From Chara braunii (taxonomy: Eukaryota; Plantae; Charophyceae), in contig BFEA01000019.1 in the NCBI GenBank assembly GCA_003427395.1, positions 3,340,865 to 3,404,864 of the forward strand: a stretch of 64,000 nucleotides of DNA, read 5' to 3'. Each line of letters starts with the position of its first letter. Position 1 is the first letter of the stretch. The notes beneath the pieces are model-generated. The model was not told the origin of the DNA, ran no database searches, and saw only the letters and a list, made by a program, of their open reading frames with translations. Positions 63,701 through 64,000 of this stretch are shown in pieces. Position numbers and translations under genes: made by a program.

Positions 63701-63883
63701 CCAGGCAAAAAAGTTGCCGTAAATACAGCTATAGAATCATCCCTCATCTTTGGGGAGAATAGCAGCCCAATGGTACACAGGCGGCTGTTGATTCTCAAGT
63801 CATAGTTTCAAAGCACGCCAAGGATGGACCCACTTGCTGCAATGGAAAACAGGATAACAAATACAGATACATGGATCCTCTTT

Positions 63884-63938
63884 TGTTGTGCATGTGCATG
63901 TGTGTGTCTGCGTGTGTTTGTTTGTTTGTTTGTTTGTT

Positions 63939-64000
<62 letters not shown>
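63884..64000. repeat. (GTTT)n/(GT)n microsatellite
   Basis: Read directly from the sequence. Confidence 0.95.

Noticed and set aside
61700-63800. ORF1 of another LINE or host gene exons
   Set aside because: Only short, compositionally biased ORFs with no recognisable motif.

Overview
Eukaryotic, almost entirely repeat-derived window with seven N gaps and no recognisable intact host gene. The mix of large Ty3/Gypsy elements, a GIY-YIG+RT Penelope-like element, an L1-clade LINE, and (GATT)n/(TA)n/(GA)n microsatellites suggests a streptophyte green alga such as Chara (inference only). Left to right: (1) 1-6660, an LTR-type insertion holding a CRISPR-like spaced repeat array and a mosaic of U6 snRNA, 25S rRNA and tRNA-like fragments; (2) a minus-strand Gypsy element with a tRNA-Asp PBS (17602-17619), a ~5.5 kb cassette of unknown, partly paralogous ORFs upstream of gag, then gag-protease-RT cut at 6660; (3) an 8-bp-TSD non-autonomous DNA transposon; (4) a second minus-strand Gypsy relic (tRNA-Met PBS, gag/protease) cut at 29617 by a related LTR-like end that also carries a U6 fragment; (5) an array of ~750-bp MITEs in (TA)n tracts; (6) a decayed Penelope-like element with an N-terminal GIY-YIG domain, terminal direct repeats, a possible TSD and a degenerate hammerhead-like fold, containing a Nextera adapter artefact; (7) a Mutator-like element with a 9-bp TSD; (8) a decayed LINE. 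The best candidates for novelty are the U6/rRNA/tRNA-carrying LTR family and the multi-ORF cargo of the giant Gypsy element. All comparisons to known RNAs and protein families were made by eye from remembered consensus sequences, not by database search.
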